Positions 1-14,209 of a DNA stretch of 64,000 nt are shown in pieces. The notes under the pieces were generated by a model, which searched no databases, was not told the DNA's origin, and saw nothing but the letters and a program-made list of their open reading frames with translations. The stretch is from Trichoplax sp. H2. Taxonomy: Eukaryota. Numbering within the stretch: position 1 is the stretch's first letter; each line of letters opens with the position of its first letter. The position numbers were made by a program, and so were the translations under genes. The stretch spans positions 62,001-126,000 of the forward strand of contig NOWV01000116.1 in NCBI GenBank assembly GCA_003344405.1. Direction: 5' to 3'.

Positions 1-2229
1 TTAAAGATCGATTTGTAATATTAGAAACAAACTCCATCCATTAAGACACCTATTAGATTTACTTACCATCAACGTTACGAATAAGCTGGCCGATAAATCT
101 CTTATTTTATTCCTATATAGTTTACGGATTCTAAACTCGCTTCAAGATCATGATGCTGTTTTTATACGCTTCGCAGAGCTGTTGGTGGTATCAAGAAATA
201 AGCAAGATACTATAATTCAAAACAGTTTTTAATAATACAAAGTTTCAATGCCAAAACGCGTTAAGATATTATTACAAATACCGTAACATTTACAGACCAA
301 TAATTGTCTTTATCCTTTTATCTTGGATAATCATTTTGTAATGAAATTTATATGAAAGCCTGCATAAACAGCTATTAGAAAGATATTTTAGCCAAAGATA
401 ATTGTTTCGACCAATTATGACATTCAGAAATTCCCGGAAAAAGACGGCATCCATTGATCGATTCCTAGGAATGATTGCATTATACTGTTAACCCCTATAG
501 TTAATTGAGTTTCATAGCTAGTAATGTGAAGGTTTTAAAACTAATCACAGCAAATAAACGTCAAGTTTCGTTTGTTCGATAAGTTTTGCATTAAGTAGCA
601 ATAACAATTATAAAGTTAGATCAATTCTTTCATAATAATAAACGAGGTTGGGATTAGAGAGAACACCTGTATTCTTTATTTAACGATCTAGAGCCGCCAT
701 TATAGTATTAATCTATAGTAAATAATATCTGTCCCACGTAGCCGGTTCCTGCAGTACTTCACAATGGCGACGAGCAATGGAGGACTAGTACTATAACCTT
801 AGTCCAAAGTTTTGCAATTGTTTTACGATTTAGAATGTAAATTAGGCATAGAGGACATATTAGGTCTTTTCTGTAGGTATATGCTATCACAAATACTAGT
901 ATTTAAATATAGTAGTAAATCATTCAAGTACTCCGTTGTTTTATCAGTGCACGTAGACGAGTATTCACGATTATTAAAATTTGAGTTTCTCTTAAAAGAT
1001 TATAAGTCCTGTATCATCAGGCAATAATTTAGGATCTACACGTATAGCATAATTCCTAGCTCTTAGTTACGTGTAGTGTAGTAAAAAGATAAATAAAAAT
1101 ATTAGCTACTTAATGGTTGCTAAGTTTGTTGTGAGTCAGTAAATCGTATATCTCAGCTAGCCGATATTCGGAGTACCTCGTGGGCTATCCTAGCTCCGTT
1201 TTGTCAAGATAAACCGAACGGTAAGAACTAGTGGTCAATTAGCTTTCTCCTGCAACAGACCTACTAAGAAAAGTTGAGGACGAAGTTAAACTCTAGACTT
1301 AACTGGAAAGAATATCTCTACTTTTCGAATCGCGCTCCATTTATAAGCTTCACAGAGCTAGTAACTATTGATGCTATTATTATTATCAATCTATTATATT
1401 TCGGAATCATCTCAGCAAGCATACTTCTAAATAAAGGTTCATTAAGGCTTAAAAAACTAATAACCATTGTAAAAATACTTTGACTTAACTAATGCTATCA
1501 TACGATCAAAAAGGTCATAGCTGACCTTCAGTTAACAAGATTTTAATCATTAAAGCAATAATCATAATAGCTTTTAGACTTTACATACAACAGCTAATGC
1601 CCAACTATCTTATTAATATCGTAACAAGAACAAACACGAAATTTTTTTCAGACATAAATAATCAAATACAATCAAGCGTTATAAGCACTTCGCGGCAATA
1701 ATTTATCAATTTGAACATTTAAATATAGAGATTACAATACCATGTTTACTTGGCATAAAAGTTCTATCTTGAAGGATAGACTATAGCTCCAATCGCGTAC
1801 TAAGATATTCTAACCTGTAAAAGCTATAGATAGGCCCTTTCTTTAAGTATCATAGGGTAGGCTTTCACTAACTTGTGCTCAATTTAATAGATTTTGTGAA
1901 GTAAATAAGTACTACAAACGATAAGCTCCTCATCTAAGTATAAATAAAAAAAAGCAATACTAAACATTGAGTAAACGATTATGGTAGTAACCTGATATCA
2001 ATGCGCTTAAATGTTATAATACTGATAATTAATACATCATCAAATCAGCTCATTTTGCAGCACTAGGAATATCCATCAATAAAAAACATTCTGCTTGTAA
2101 TAGTAAAGATATCTTACGTATAAGTTCAAACTTTATTATAGAAAAAGATCAAGTTTAGGAAAAGTAGCAGGAAAATCAATATTTTTTTAAGTAGACGTAT
2201 ATCTCATTTTATGCAGCAATGATAGCGAA

Positions 2230-3700
2230 AATATTGTTTGAGAATTACATTATAATTTCGATTCCTCTTTTGGAAATTATTTCATATACTCTTCTAATGT
2301 ATATTGAATGCGATAATATTAACATTTTAAAGATTTTGTGGATCGTTTATTCTTGATCTTGAATCAATATAAATATTTTATAAGCACAATTACAGCTTAA
2401 TAGAGTACATAATTTGATACATTACCCATATTTATATTTAATATTGCACATGGATAAATGTTATAAAAGACAAGGACTGTAGTAGTACAAAGAAAAGAAT
2501 AAGCATTAACGATGGAGTATTGGATGCCATTTGTAATTGACTAGCTGATATTTCAAACGTGTAGCGTCTAAGATTAGAACTGCTTTGGAATACGAATACT
2601 TTGAAAATGTTTTAGTTTCATAAACACTATAGTATTTCGGTGTTCGTTTTGCAACGGAATTATTAACAATTTCTGTTCTACAAAGTGAATCTAATGTTTA
2701 GGAAAGCTTTGTATTCTATATTAAAATAACATTTTACGTCATTGATAAAACGTTATAATGATCGAACTATGACTTTTCTACTGTCCAGCGTACTATTTTC
2801 ATGTGATACTTGACTCTTTCTTTGGTTACCATTTTCAAAGTGCCATAGATGTATTTTTGATGCTACTCTATCGAATAGGCCCATCCTTCTATTTTATGTA
2901 ATTTAATAATATTGAGATGATTGTGATCAACAGCTGTAAATTGGGCTCAAGTAGGGTTACTTCTTACCTGAAAATAAGGTTTTCTTTTTTAATCCTGACG
3001 AAAATGTACTGTTACTGGATAAAAAATTTTGGATAACCTCTCATGCATTGTAGTAACCTCTTTATATTAACCCTTATTCCTATGTGCATCTTTTATATTC
3101 ATGGACTGGCAATTCTAAGCCTTTGCTGAGAAAATACTTGAAACTATCAATGCATGCACACAATCATTCCAATCTTACTAAATATTACATGAAGTATGTC
3201 ATTGCCATTTCGTACTTACTCAGACTATTAAACGTGTTTCTCATTCTGTAATGTGATTGAGTAATATTAGAATAATTGCAACCATGGACTAATGGTTAAA
3301 TTTTATGCGATTTCTTATACATATAAATAGTTTCTACATACTCTTTTATGCCTGGTAGATATTTTCGATGCTGCTACATGATATGGCAATGTTGGGATAA
3401 ATGTGATCAAGAACGGACAATCGAAATTCGAGTAATTTCTCCTATATACTAGTAGCTTCTTCATATTCATTACTCTAATTTATGTACACTTTTCCTATAT
3501 TATCATGTAATGTAGAAATATCAAGATGATCATGGTGAAGATTTGAAAATCCAATTTTGAGTAAATTTTCGTACATAGAAATAGCTTTTTCTTGCTTATC
3601 CTGGCTCATAAATGCATTTCACAATACTTTGACAACAATTTAGTCGTAGAAAACAATCGAACATCAATTTATTTAAAATTATAGAGATTTGCCACTAATA
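2230..3700 (-). pseudogene. Decayed copy of the tandem membrane-protein family, closest to copy A
   Basis: 2234-2810 aligns by eye with copy A exon 2 (4381-4940), e.g. ttcctcttttggaaattatttcatatactcttct vs gcctcttttgaaaaatattttatatcctcttct, and gtagcgtctaagat vs gtagtgtctaagat. About 3200-3700 weakly matches copy A exon 1 (ttaaacgtgtttc vs ttaaacatgtatc; gcttcttcatattcat vs gctttgccaaattcat). No long ORF remains. Boundaries approximate. Confidence 0.7.
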
Positions 3701-4360
3701 GCCATACAATTAGTTTATGACGAGATTGATAAGTGAAGAGATAGCAATAAGCAGAATTAGTACTGCCAGCAACTATACAAGCTTGCAATAAAGGAATAAT
3801 CTCACCTACAACCTAGAGACCAAATGGTCTGCAAACGTCATATTACTTCTTCAAACGTGATTCTCGTTTTGCTCCACTCTTAATTTTCTAATAGCATCAC
3901 ATTTTATAGTCTTCATAGTACTCATGGCGATAAAAGAAAGTGGATATTTAGTACTCTATCACGCTCTAAATTAACTTGGACTAACTAACTTGTCCCACAT
4001 ATAAAAACACAAATTATAGAATGTCCAGACACGAATCACTTAAAGATTCTCTTACAAAATAATATGAACTAGCCAAATTACAGTATTATCAAATACATCA
4101 ATTTTTATCCCTGACAAGACTCTTGACTACTAAACTATATGAAAAATTTAAAATGAATCTTTAGATAGCAAAATTTAGTCATAAAAACAACGATTGAATT
4201 ACTTTTTAAATAATACAATAGTTATATTCCCCCATATTATTTAATAAGGAGAATTAAATGTATAGTGACACATCCATTTTCCAAATTAAATAGCTTCCAT
4301 TTCCATGTTGTAAGGTTACAACGGACTTCATTTTCAGTCCTTTATAACAGTTTGATCATA

Positions 4361-7300
4361 TTAACCTACAGCCAAATTTATTATCTGAGAAATAGAATGA
4401 AATTCGAAGCCTCTTTTGAAAAATATTTTATATCCTCTTCTGTATTGAATAATGCTAAGGGATATAATACTATCGATGAATTCTTTCTTGATCTTATATA
4501 CGTTTGAGTATTTGAGGGAAATAACTGTAGCTAAATATACAACTGATGTATTTGCGATAATCGCATTTAATGTCGTAAACGAATGAATTTTATAAAAGAG
4601 AAGAACTGTGGCAATGTAGCAAAAAAATAGAAATGTTACAATTAAAATATTGAATGCTAATTGCAAGAGACTAATTGATATCTGAGGAGCGTAGTGTCTA
4701 AGATATTCGTATAATTCTACAGGAATACCAGTACATTGAGAATTGGCAGTTTCATATACATTATGGTACGTAGGTGTTAATTTGCTGCGAAAGTACTGTG
4801 GATCATTATTCTGTAAGTGAACTTCGATCATCTTTATTAACGTATTGTACTTGTTATCAAAAGAACATTCTATGCAATCAAAACCACACTGCAATAATTT
4901 AACTGTGACTCTGTTGTTATCCAGCTTATTATATTGCATTATCATAGTGGATGTTCCATTAACTTTATCATGATGGCCATCTCTTATACTTTGTTTGATA
5001 TAACCTTTGATGTGATATTTAATAATTTCATCATTCAACATTTCTGGGACATCAATATCTATTTCTTCAATACTACTGGCGCTAGTTTGAGTGATAATAA
5101 ATTCCACTTGCAAAATTCCTTCCTTACTGTTCATTATTGTCTCGATATTTTCTTCTACACTTTGCTGTACACGAATAATTCTTTCACGTATAAGAGGACC
5201 TCGGCTAGTGTATGCGCTTAATAATAGGTAAATATAATGCAAGTACGGAATCGCGGTAATAATTATTATATGGAAATAGGCTGAGAATGCAATAATAAAT
5301 GTCGTCACAGAAATAATGATTCTAAAAATCAACTGCAGTCCGCAAATCAACAGCACTATAGTAGTGATGGAGTAGTAAAATGAGATTAGTGTCAATGTTG
5401 TAGACACGAAGCGATTTGTCAATGGCCAATTGGCTATATTGAGCGGTAATGTCCTTTTTAAATTCAATGTTAATAGCTTAGAAATGAAAAACACCGCTCG
5501 TAAAAGGCCAATAAGTCTTAATAAACAAAATGGTAGGCAAAGTAGAAACGTGAACAGATCCTTAACAAATTGCAGTAATTGCATAGACAGCAAGTGGTAT
5601 TTCATATCGATAAGGGTAATCTTCAGTTGAAGATATGACTGCTGGTCATGACTTGCTGTAATATATTTTTGTCTAGTTTGTAGCTCTTGGTCGTTTGTAA
5701 GACTTTTGCTAAACTGATATCTTGAATTACTAAATCTTATTTGTGTCAAGCGAGCCAAGATTACGATCAAAGTATAGATAATGTTAATACCTACAGAAAT
5801 CATAATTGTCAACATGATCGTGCGAGGAATCGAGACTTTAGCTATTTTAGGGTTAATAATAAATAGGATTGTGTATCGCTGTATCATTAAAGATGCCAGT
5901 CCCAAAAGGCAAGACAAAATAGTCAATGATGATAATTTAAAGCAGTAAATAATTTCTGACCAAAGCTTTTTGGTGGTGCAATTATGAAGATTGAAATACT
6001 TGGCGTTCTGAAATCTTAGAGGGTCTAAAATACGAATTTTGATCATTTTAATATGACTTTCTGCTTGAAGCAACGAAATATCACCGGATTGACGTGCTAG
6101 CCGATGGATTTCTTGGGATGATCCGAGCAATAATTGATCGCTGGATTCTTGATTTGGTTCCTGATCCGAATTAGTACTTAAAATCAGACTTGGCTCCTGA
6201 TACTCACTCTCATTTCGGTCGTGGTGTGATTTAAGCTTTACATATCTATCAGAACAATTTTACAAGTATTAGTAGTCAGTATATGTAGGTTGTAGTAGGT
6301 AGCAGTTCATGTTTTAACCTAAGAAAAGATTAGGTTACAGTAAAAGCTAAATGTGATAGTATTTCTGATCTCTATATAATGGTATTATGAATCTGTTATG
6401 AGTCAGATATTGATATAAAGTACAATGCATAGTTAGAAAGAGATCGATTGTGATATTTCTAATAAAAGTCATAAAGATCTGTTCGCTAAGTATACTTCGT
6501 AACAGTAAATAAATTAAATGTAGATAGCTAAATATAATTCGGGAATATGTACTGTAGTTGTCATTTGAGTGGAATATTGCTTAATTAATCATTCATAGAA
6601 CTCTTAAAAAATTCATAGTTTTGGAATTAAAATTTAAGCTGCACAGATACCGGTTTTTGTAAAATCAATTACAAAAATTAGTAATGATCATGTTTCATCA
6701 AATATTCTTTTGGTCTATAATTACAACATTTGTTACCAATAACTAACCAGACTTGCATAAATAGTACAAATATATACGCAGAAATAGATATCTTGAAGTT
6801 ATACTGTCCTATTTATTCGATAGTTGTCACCCTTTCATAACTTTCAAAATCAAGCAACGTAGTGGTATCTTTCGTGATGAATAAATATAAATGACCTAAA
6901 GTTCAATTTTAGATTATCTTCGACTAATTGAGTATAGGTTTAGCCTGATTTACGAGCAAAATTAATACTTGTAAGCTAGATTTATGATAAATTGAAATAA
7001 AAGAAGAAATACTGTGTCAAAGTATCATAGGAATACATATCTGCTAAACTAACTATAATATAGCAGTAAGATTTAAAATTACTCGCAAAATATGATTTAT
7101 GTTATTATATTAAAAATTTAGCCTACCGATAACTCCCTAGTTCTTCCAAAAAGCTCTTAGTAAGTTTATCAACTACTACAGCAGCCATACAGGAACTAAT
7201 TGCTACGGAAATTATTTGCATTACTGGAAAGTACCATTCTTCTTCCTCTCGCTTTAAACATGTATCAATATCTATTTTTGGATTGATTCTACTTCTTTTA

Positions 7301-7878
7301 CAGCATGAATAGTCAACTGCATGGTTAGAATGTCCATCATTTTTAAGATAGCGTCGTCTACATATTGTAAAACAAGCTTCCCCTTGGCAACTTTGATTTA
7401 AGTTCATAAATTGTACAAGTGTTGTGAATATGACATGAATTCGACATCGGTCATTTGGTAGCAATAGATAACAACCTTTGCTTGATTCCCTAAAAGATAA
7501 ACGTTGAGATGATGTGAAAACTGAAGGAAGGCTTAAGCTTGTAGCTATGTAATCGCTAGGTAAAGAAATTAAAGCTTTGCCAAATTCATCTCTTATCCAT
7601 GCATAATATGTTTCCGGGGCAGACCATTTCTGTATGTTCTGATTTTCAAGAAATAATTTAAAAAAAACGGCTTTTGTTGTTTTTGAGCGAACAACTTCTT
7701 GAAACTGAGCATATGAAGATGATCCATTCTCCACAATCAGATGGCAAGTGGGTAGGCAGATAGAAGCATTTGTCGCTTGAACTGATGCCTTAAAAAATAC
7801 TATTTGAAATAAGCAAATAATGTATGGAAGAATATATCGATATCGATATCTATACGTGAATAAATCCGAAGGAATCAT
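4361..7878 (-). CDS. Uncharacterised multi-pass membrane protein with Cys-rich ectodomain, array copy A (~878 aa)
   Basis: Exons 7127-7878 (an upstream in-frame ATG at 7998 is possible) and 4361-6245. Donor CG|GTAGG and acceptor gatag|A, phase 2, join in frame. Shares family motifs AWI..LP.DY.A.SLSL, SCC, IP.ELY.YLR.YAP and QYRRGY. Confidence 0.85.
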
Positions 7879-8564
7879 CCTGTAAGCAGCAGTTTGGTAA
7901 AATTTGATAACACCTGCCGAAGTTATTAAATAAATTTGCAAAAAATTTTGCAGAGATTGGTACCTGCTGATATTTTTTGCTACACTCCGTAGGTACATGA
8001 GATGAATACTGTAACTTTTTATTATATTCTCTTAAATACCTTTGCCCTAGTTTATATTTGCATTATGCTATTCTCTATAAAAGTATCTTTTCATTCCGAA
8101 TAATTTTCTAGGTAGTAGCAAATGCAAAGTATAAACAGAATAATTAGGTCAATCATGGGGAAGAAAAAAATTGGAAAATCGGAATAACGCCTCATATTTT
8201 CAGCATCTGATTCTTCTACTTATGATTATCACGTAGAAAAGATGTGGAAGTATTGTAGCCTTTTGATTTTTATTAAGAAATGAAGTCTTTATCCTTTAAT
8301 TACTTGAAGTGAATGGTAAAGTTTTAATTATTGCTATTAATGTAGTCTAATAGTTATTGTATATTGTAACTTTTACCATGAGAAAATAGTTACTGCTTTC
8401 AAGGATAGTGCTAGACTCATGTAGGTGAGATCTTATCCAACCGATAAAACTAGACGCTTAAAATTGATTGATGCTACCTGATAATCAATGTGATATTCAA
8501 GTAAAATTAGTGCCAGAGAGATGCTATACTATACAGTACTATATAGTCTATTTACATAAAACTT

Positions 8565-9201
8565 TATGTATTACTCAATAACTGCGAATCGTATTGGTGT
8601 ATTGCATTATCAGAAATAGAACATTACTATATTTGATACTACTAGCAACCTTCTTCAATTTTTTTATTAGGCACTACTCAAGAATTACTAATAGTATTAA
8701 TATATTACTAAAAACAGAACATGATAACGTTTATCATACCAGTAAACATCTAGAATTACTTTATTAATTAGGCACTATTCAAGAATTATCGATCGCATTT
8801 GTATGTTACTCAAAACGCAACGTTATATCGCTACATCATCAGCAGTTATCTATAATTGCTTTATTTAGCGCAGTGACTATTCTACATCACATAGTGCTTT
8901 ACTTCATATCACTGTTCTATTTCTAACACGCCCTACTATAATTATTAATTGCCTGATATCGCTACAGTCCTATTATGATGTGCGATGTAAAAGCGATTCA
9001 CGTTTACTCTTTATTAAAAAATCATCTTCTTGTCCTTCATAATGTCCAAATGACTGTTTGATTTTTCTAAAGATATTTCCTAATCTCAATTTGCATGTAC
9101 TAAATAATAGACTATTCGCTTGATCACGGTTAAGTTCCGTTCCTATTACTCCGCTATCAACACTATTAGGAAAAGTATTTGTTAAACCCATCCTATAAGC
9201 C
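8565..9201 (-). pseudogene. Duplicated 3' end (last ~75 codons plus 3' flank) of copy C
   Basis: ORF 8973-9191 (FPNSVDSGVIG...RESLLHRTS) is nearly identical to the C-terminus of copy C. 8565-8972 matches 17699-18106. Similarity stops abruptly at ~9201. Confidence 0.9.
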
Positions 9202-10219
9202 GAAAATCTTCTCTACTAGACGTCATATAGAAATTTTTTTAACCTGTATAATTCAAATCATTATTTAATCACTAAAATATTTTTTTAAGCAATGAAGTTA
9301 ATATCGAATTATGCCAGTTGCTACTAATAATATTTAAATACTCAAGTTGTTTCCAAATCAGCAATGAAGTATTTATTTTGCAAGTCCTTTGATTATGGCA
9401 TTCGCTGTTATATTTGACATTAACCTTAAAGCATTTACATCGGTTCGTTGTATATGGCATAAGGCAATAACAGAAAGAATATTTTTACAACGATCAAAAT
9501 AGATTCTAATTGTGCAGTTTCCCTAAGAATAATGGCTACACTATGTTATACATCGCCTGTCGCTATACGAGTAAAAGATTGTTTACGTAAAATAAATTTT
9601 TTAGCATCGCAAAGTCTGTAAGTCAGGCCTTACTGTGTATGAAACTTGTAATAGCTATCTATAGAAACAGCAAAATAACACGATTACACATTTTTCAAAT
9701 CGCCTTTACCTCTTTCAGACTTAAGCTGCGGTATTACACGATGTTATCAACTGCGTAAGCTTTTAGTCGTTTGAATAATTTTTGCAGTTTGATTTTGCTT
9801 GTAACTGCAGATTCCTTTTTGCATTTCTGTATGAGCATTGGGCATTTGGCGCATTCATTACTCTTTACATTCACATGTTATTATCACTGACATCTACCTA
9901 CAATGTCAGACTTGCAGCAAATTAAGCATTCTCTCATTGGAATATTTAAAATGAATTAATTCGTACGAATACATACTTAAGACTTTTAATGTGTACGAAC
10001 AAGTAGGAAAAAGTAATGGAAATATGATAAAACTAGCGAAATTCTAGTACTTTTATCGATCTAGCAACGTTTTTGCAGTACATTAAATATTCTATTAACT
10101 ATCGAACGTTACCAAAAGATTCAGTAAATAATTTATCTTTTAATGTTAAATAAAAGATATTTAATGCAGCAATTGTATGTGTATAACGTAAAAACAAGTA
10201 AATTAATTTAGCTTTGATT

Positions 10220-13200
10220 TTAACATGAAACAGTGCTGTTAGCTTCAGAATTATCGTTTAACAAGTCGTAATCGTCATGTTTCTTAGGATATCCAAAAGC
10301 ATTTCTTAGTATATTTAAAATATATCTAAATTGAATCTCGCCATTATTAATGAATCGATTATTCTGCGAATTTGCATTATTCAGCTGATTCATATTATCC
10401 GACTGATTCACATCATTTAACTGGTTAGTATTATTTGACTGACTGATATTATTCGACGTCGTGCTATCAAGTTGCGGCATTTCTTCATCATCGTCTGAGT
10501 TTTGATTAAAATTTACAAAAATCATCCGATATGCTTGAACTACAGGTTGAAAATGTATCCCTTCTGTACAAAAGAATCGATATCCTCTTCGATATTTAAC
10601 AATATATGTAAGTAGAATCTCGTCAACTTCGTCTTCTTTTAATTCTGATATTTTAAGATGTTTAAGTGATAAAATTGTAACTACATAGATAACAGGTGTT
10701 TTAGCTATAGCAGAATTTAACGATGAAAATGTTTGAATCTTATAATCCAGTAAAACTGTTAAAACAAATATGAAGAATAATCCGCTTACAAAAATAATAT
10801 TGAAGAATACACGCCATAGACTGATTGATATTTGAGGAGCGTAATAACGTAGATATTGATATAACTCTAAAGGAATAGCAACAGGCTGATCGCAAGTTCT
10901 ATCTTCGTGTTTCTTTTTATCTTTCTTCTCATCTTTATTGTCAGATTTATCGTTATCATTACTTATGCCTTCATTACTATTTTTATCGTCTGCGTCAGCC
11001 ACTTCTTCCGGATAGTAAATCTGAGTTAACTTTTTTTCGAAGCCTTCGATCTTGCTATTCTTTAAATATTGAGCTATATATTCTAGCATATGATTGATCT
11101 TGTCAGCTTGAGGACACTCAGTGCAGCCATTAATACACTGCTTTAATTTAACTTTAACATTCCCATCTTGTAATATTTTATATTCAAAAATAATTTTCGA
11201 GTTTCCATCGATAATCTGATGGTTAGGCTTGCGATTCATCCATTCAACATAGATCTTGATGTATTTTCGGATGTTAACATCTTCAAGCATTTCTGGTAAA
11301 TCTATAAGGATATCATCGTATGCCATGGCTACATAGACTTCCAAATAACCTTGATTTACTTGTAGTATATTGCCTACTATTCGTTTTATCGCATCTGTAT
11401 ATTTTAAGGCGATTATTCGTTTTCGTATCATCCTATCAGTTTTGTTATAAGCATCAGATATTTGGATAATGTAATGTACGTATGGAATCACTATAACGAT
11501 AACAAGACTAAAGTAAACCGAATAAGCGACCACAAATGCTGTTACAGTAATAATGACTCTGAAAACGAGTTGAAGACCAATCCATAAAAAGCCTATCGTA
11601 ACAAGGGAATATAAAAATGCTGCGCTAGCATAAAACATAGACATTAAATAACAAGGAACTCGCCAAGATGGATTAGTTGGTAGGAATGCAGTTCTTAATT
11701 TAATTGTTAATATTTCTGTCATAAACATTGCGCTACGGTAAGTGCCTACTCTTCCCGCTATAAAAAACAGCAAGCAGAAGAGTAATGCTACTAAGTTATT
11801 GAAAAGCCCTATAACATGAAATGATCTTAAGTGATGAGTTATCTTGTTAATATAGATGAATAATTGAAAATAGCCTTGTCGATTGCTATTTCGCGACATA
11901 TAGCGATATCGTTGTGATATTTTAGGTTGTTCCTGTTGACTCAATCTATATTTTGCTTTGCAAAATTGTCGAAGATCGGCTAAAAGTATAAAAAATATAC
12001 CACCGCCGCTAATTAATGCTACTACCATAAATATTTGTTTGATAAAGTGCGGTATAAGTGGTGTTATATACGGATACATTTTAGGAACAAGAATAAATAA
12101 TATTGGAAATCTCTGCACAAATATCGATATAAACCCAGCTGACATACAAATTACTGTAAATATACAATATTTAAAGGCATGATGTATATGTATCCAAGGA
12201 TTACTGTCAGCTTTATCGGATAGATAGGAGTATCCTAGATGCTCTAGCTTACATTCATTTAATACACGAACACGAGTAGATTCGATTTCAATGTCCCTAA
12301 AATTAAATATTAGATATAAACTTTTAGAATAAGAAGATATAATAGCATAGATAATTGAGCGTTAAATTTTAGCATAGCATTAATAATAATACCCATTAAA
12401 TCAGATAGTTACGCGATATAAAATTTGTAGTATCAATTAATTGATATTATAGAATAATCCATATTATGATTGACATTTTAGCTCTTAGAGTTTCTACGAC
12501 TTCAAGTTATCACGATACTCAAATCTAATAAGGTCTTTAGAGGCGTCAGATTTTTTGAATTTAAAAGTGTAAATAAATTAAAGCAATATAGATATTCAAA
12601 GCTTGAATATAACCACAAGCACTAACTTTACGTTGGTATACAAAGTATGTTTATTTACAATATTTATAGAATGTATTTGAAAATTGTACTGAATCACACT
12701 GATAATAATATAGATCGCGATCTTACCTTTCAAATTCCGTTATAAACCAATTTAAAATTTTGTCTGTAGCTGCTCCACTTAAAATGATGCTTAAACAAAC
12801 TGAAAATAACTCCATCAATGGAACATACCATTCTAGTTTCTTCTCGATGAAACACTCGTTAATATTAATCTCCGCCTTCGGTACGCCACTTGGACAGCAT
12901 GAATAGTAAATTTCATGAGCAAAATTTCCATCGTTTCTTATAAAATGTCTTTGACAGACGGTACCGCAATTTTTACCGCTACAACTACGATTTAAGCCTG
13001 TAAATTCGGCTAGTGCCTTGAATAAGATATAATCTTTACTTTCTAAGTCAGGCAGACGATCGTAACAGCCGTCGGTAGATTCAACAAGAGACAACTTATA
13101 TTCGGATATGAAAACAGAATAAAGACTTAGACTCGTGGCTATATAGGTCGTAGGTAAGGTATAAATAGCCTCACCTAGATTTTTTTTTATCCATGCATAA

Positions 13201-13451
13201 AAATAAGTACCCCTCCAACCATTATGTGCAGGTATAATCCGATTTCCTATACTCATATTAAATAGAATCACTCTAGACCAATCCAATTTAGTCAAGTCTT
13301 TAAATTTAGTATAAGCTTGTGTCGCATCTTTTACAGATAATTGGCAGATAGCATCCGATGGTATTTGATTAGTATAACTTAAAGCTGTTTGCCAAGATAG
13401 CCAAATAAAAGTAACAACTATATAACGCGATATAAAGTGATTTGTTGCCAT
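10220..13451 (-). CDS. Uncharacterised multi-pass membrane protein, array copy B (933 aa)
   Basis: Exons 12727-13451 and 10220-12296. AG|GTAAG and ttttag|G, phase 2; junction reads EFER-DIEIESTRVRVLN. Signal peptide and all family motifs present. Confidence 0.9.
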
Positions 13452-14209
13452 TTCGATTTTGCTATAATTTGAGTATGTGACAAAAGAAGTATAATGATTT
13501 CAGCCAGCTAAAGTAGTACGATAGTGTGTTTTGAAAGTATTTTAGTATCTGAAATAAAACACTATTAAACGTAGAATGTCGATTATGCTTAAAAAAGCAA
13601 TCGTAAACTACGGATTAAAATGTAGACTTATTATAAGAAAGGCAACAAATATTTATTTTAATTCTTGTCCTGTATAATTAGTAAGACTTCTACTAGTGTT
13701 TCTTATAGATAATCGATATCGTGTTGAATTTCGCCAAATGCTTTGATAAATGATAACGATAATATATTTTACAAAGCTAATTATAACCTCATTGATAGCC
13801 CTAGTTCGAACAGGATAAGTAGAATGCCATTAATTCAGATAAATACTATCTATTTTATATATGTATAGATAATTTAAAACACGCTGATAGTTTCTGTAGA
13901 AAAATGATTTTAACCATTTACTGCTTTGACAAGAAAGTCTAGGATAGCTCTGAAACCAGGAGGCAAATGGAACTCTACGATCACTTAGACGGTACTAATT
14001 ATAAAGTTACCAAGTACGACTTACGTAAATAAACGAATAAATAAGACTAGACAACATTTATAGGCGTCGAAAACGTAAATATGACAATTAACTAGTAGTG
14101 TTAAATCGAACGATAATAAGATGTGAATTACATTATTGTTCCTAAATTATAGATTTACGAGGAATTGATAGTTTTCTAGTTAAATCTTAAATTACATTGT
14201 TATTTGCCG

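Noticed and set aside
812-1483. Two ~70 aa plus-strand ORFs
   Set aside because: TTG starts, composition typical of AT-rich non-coding DNA, and no motifs.
4265-5630. Plus-strand ORFs overlapping copy A (similar ones at 11958, 23475, 45986, 46595 and 60598)
   Set aside because: Antisense shadows of real coding exons.
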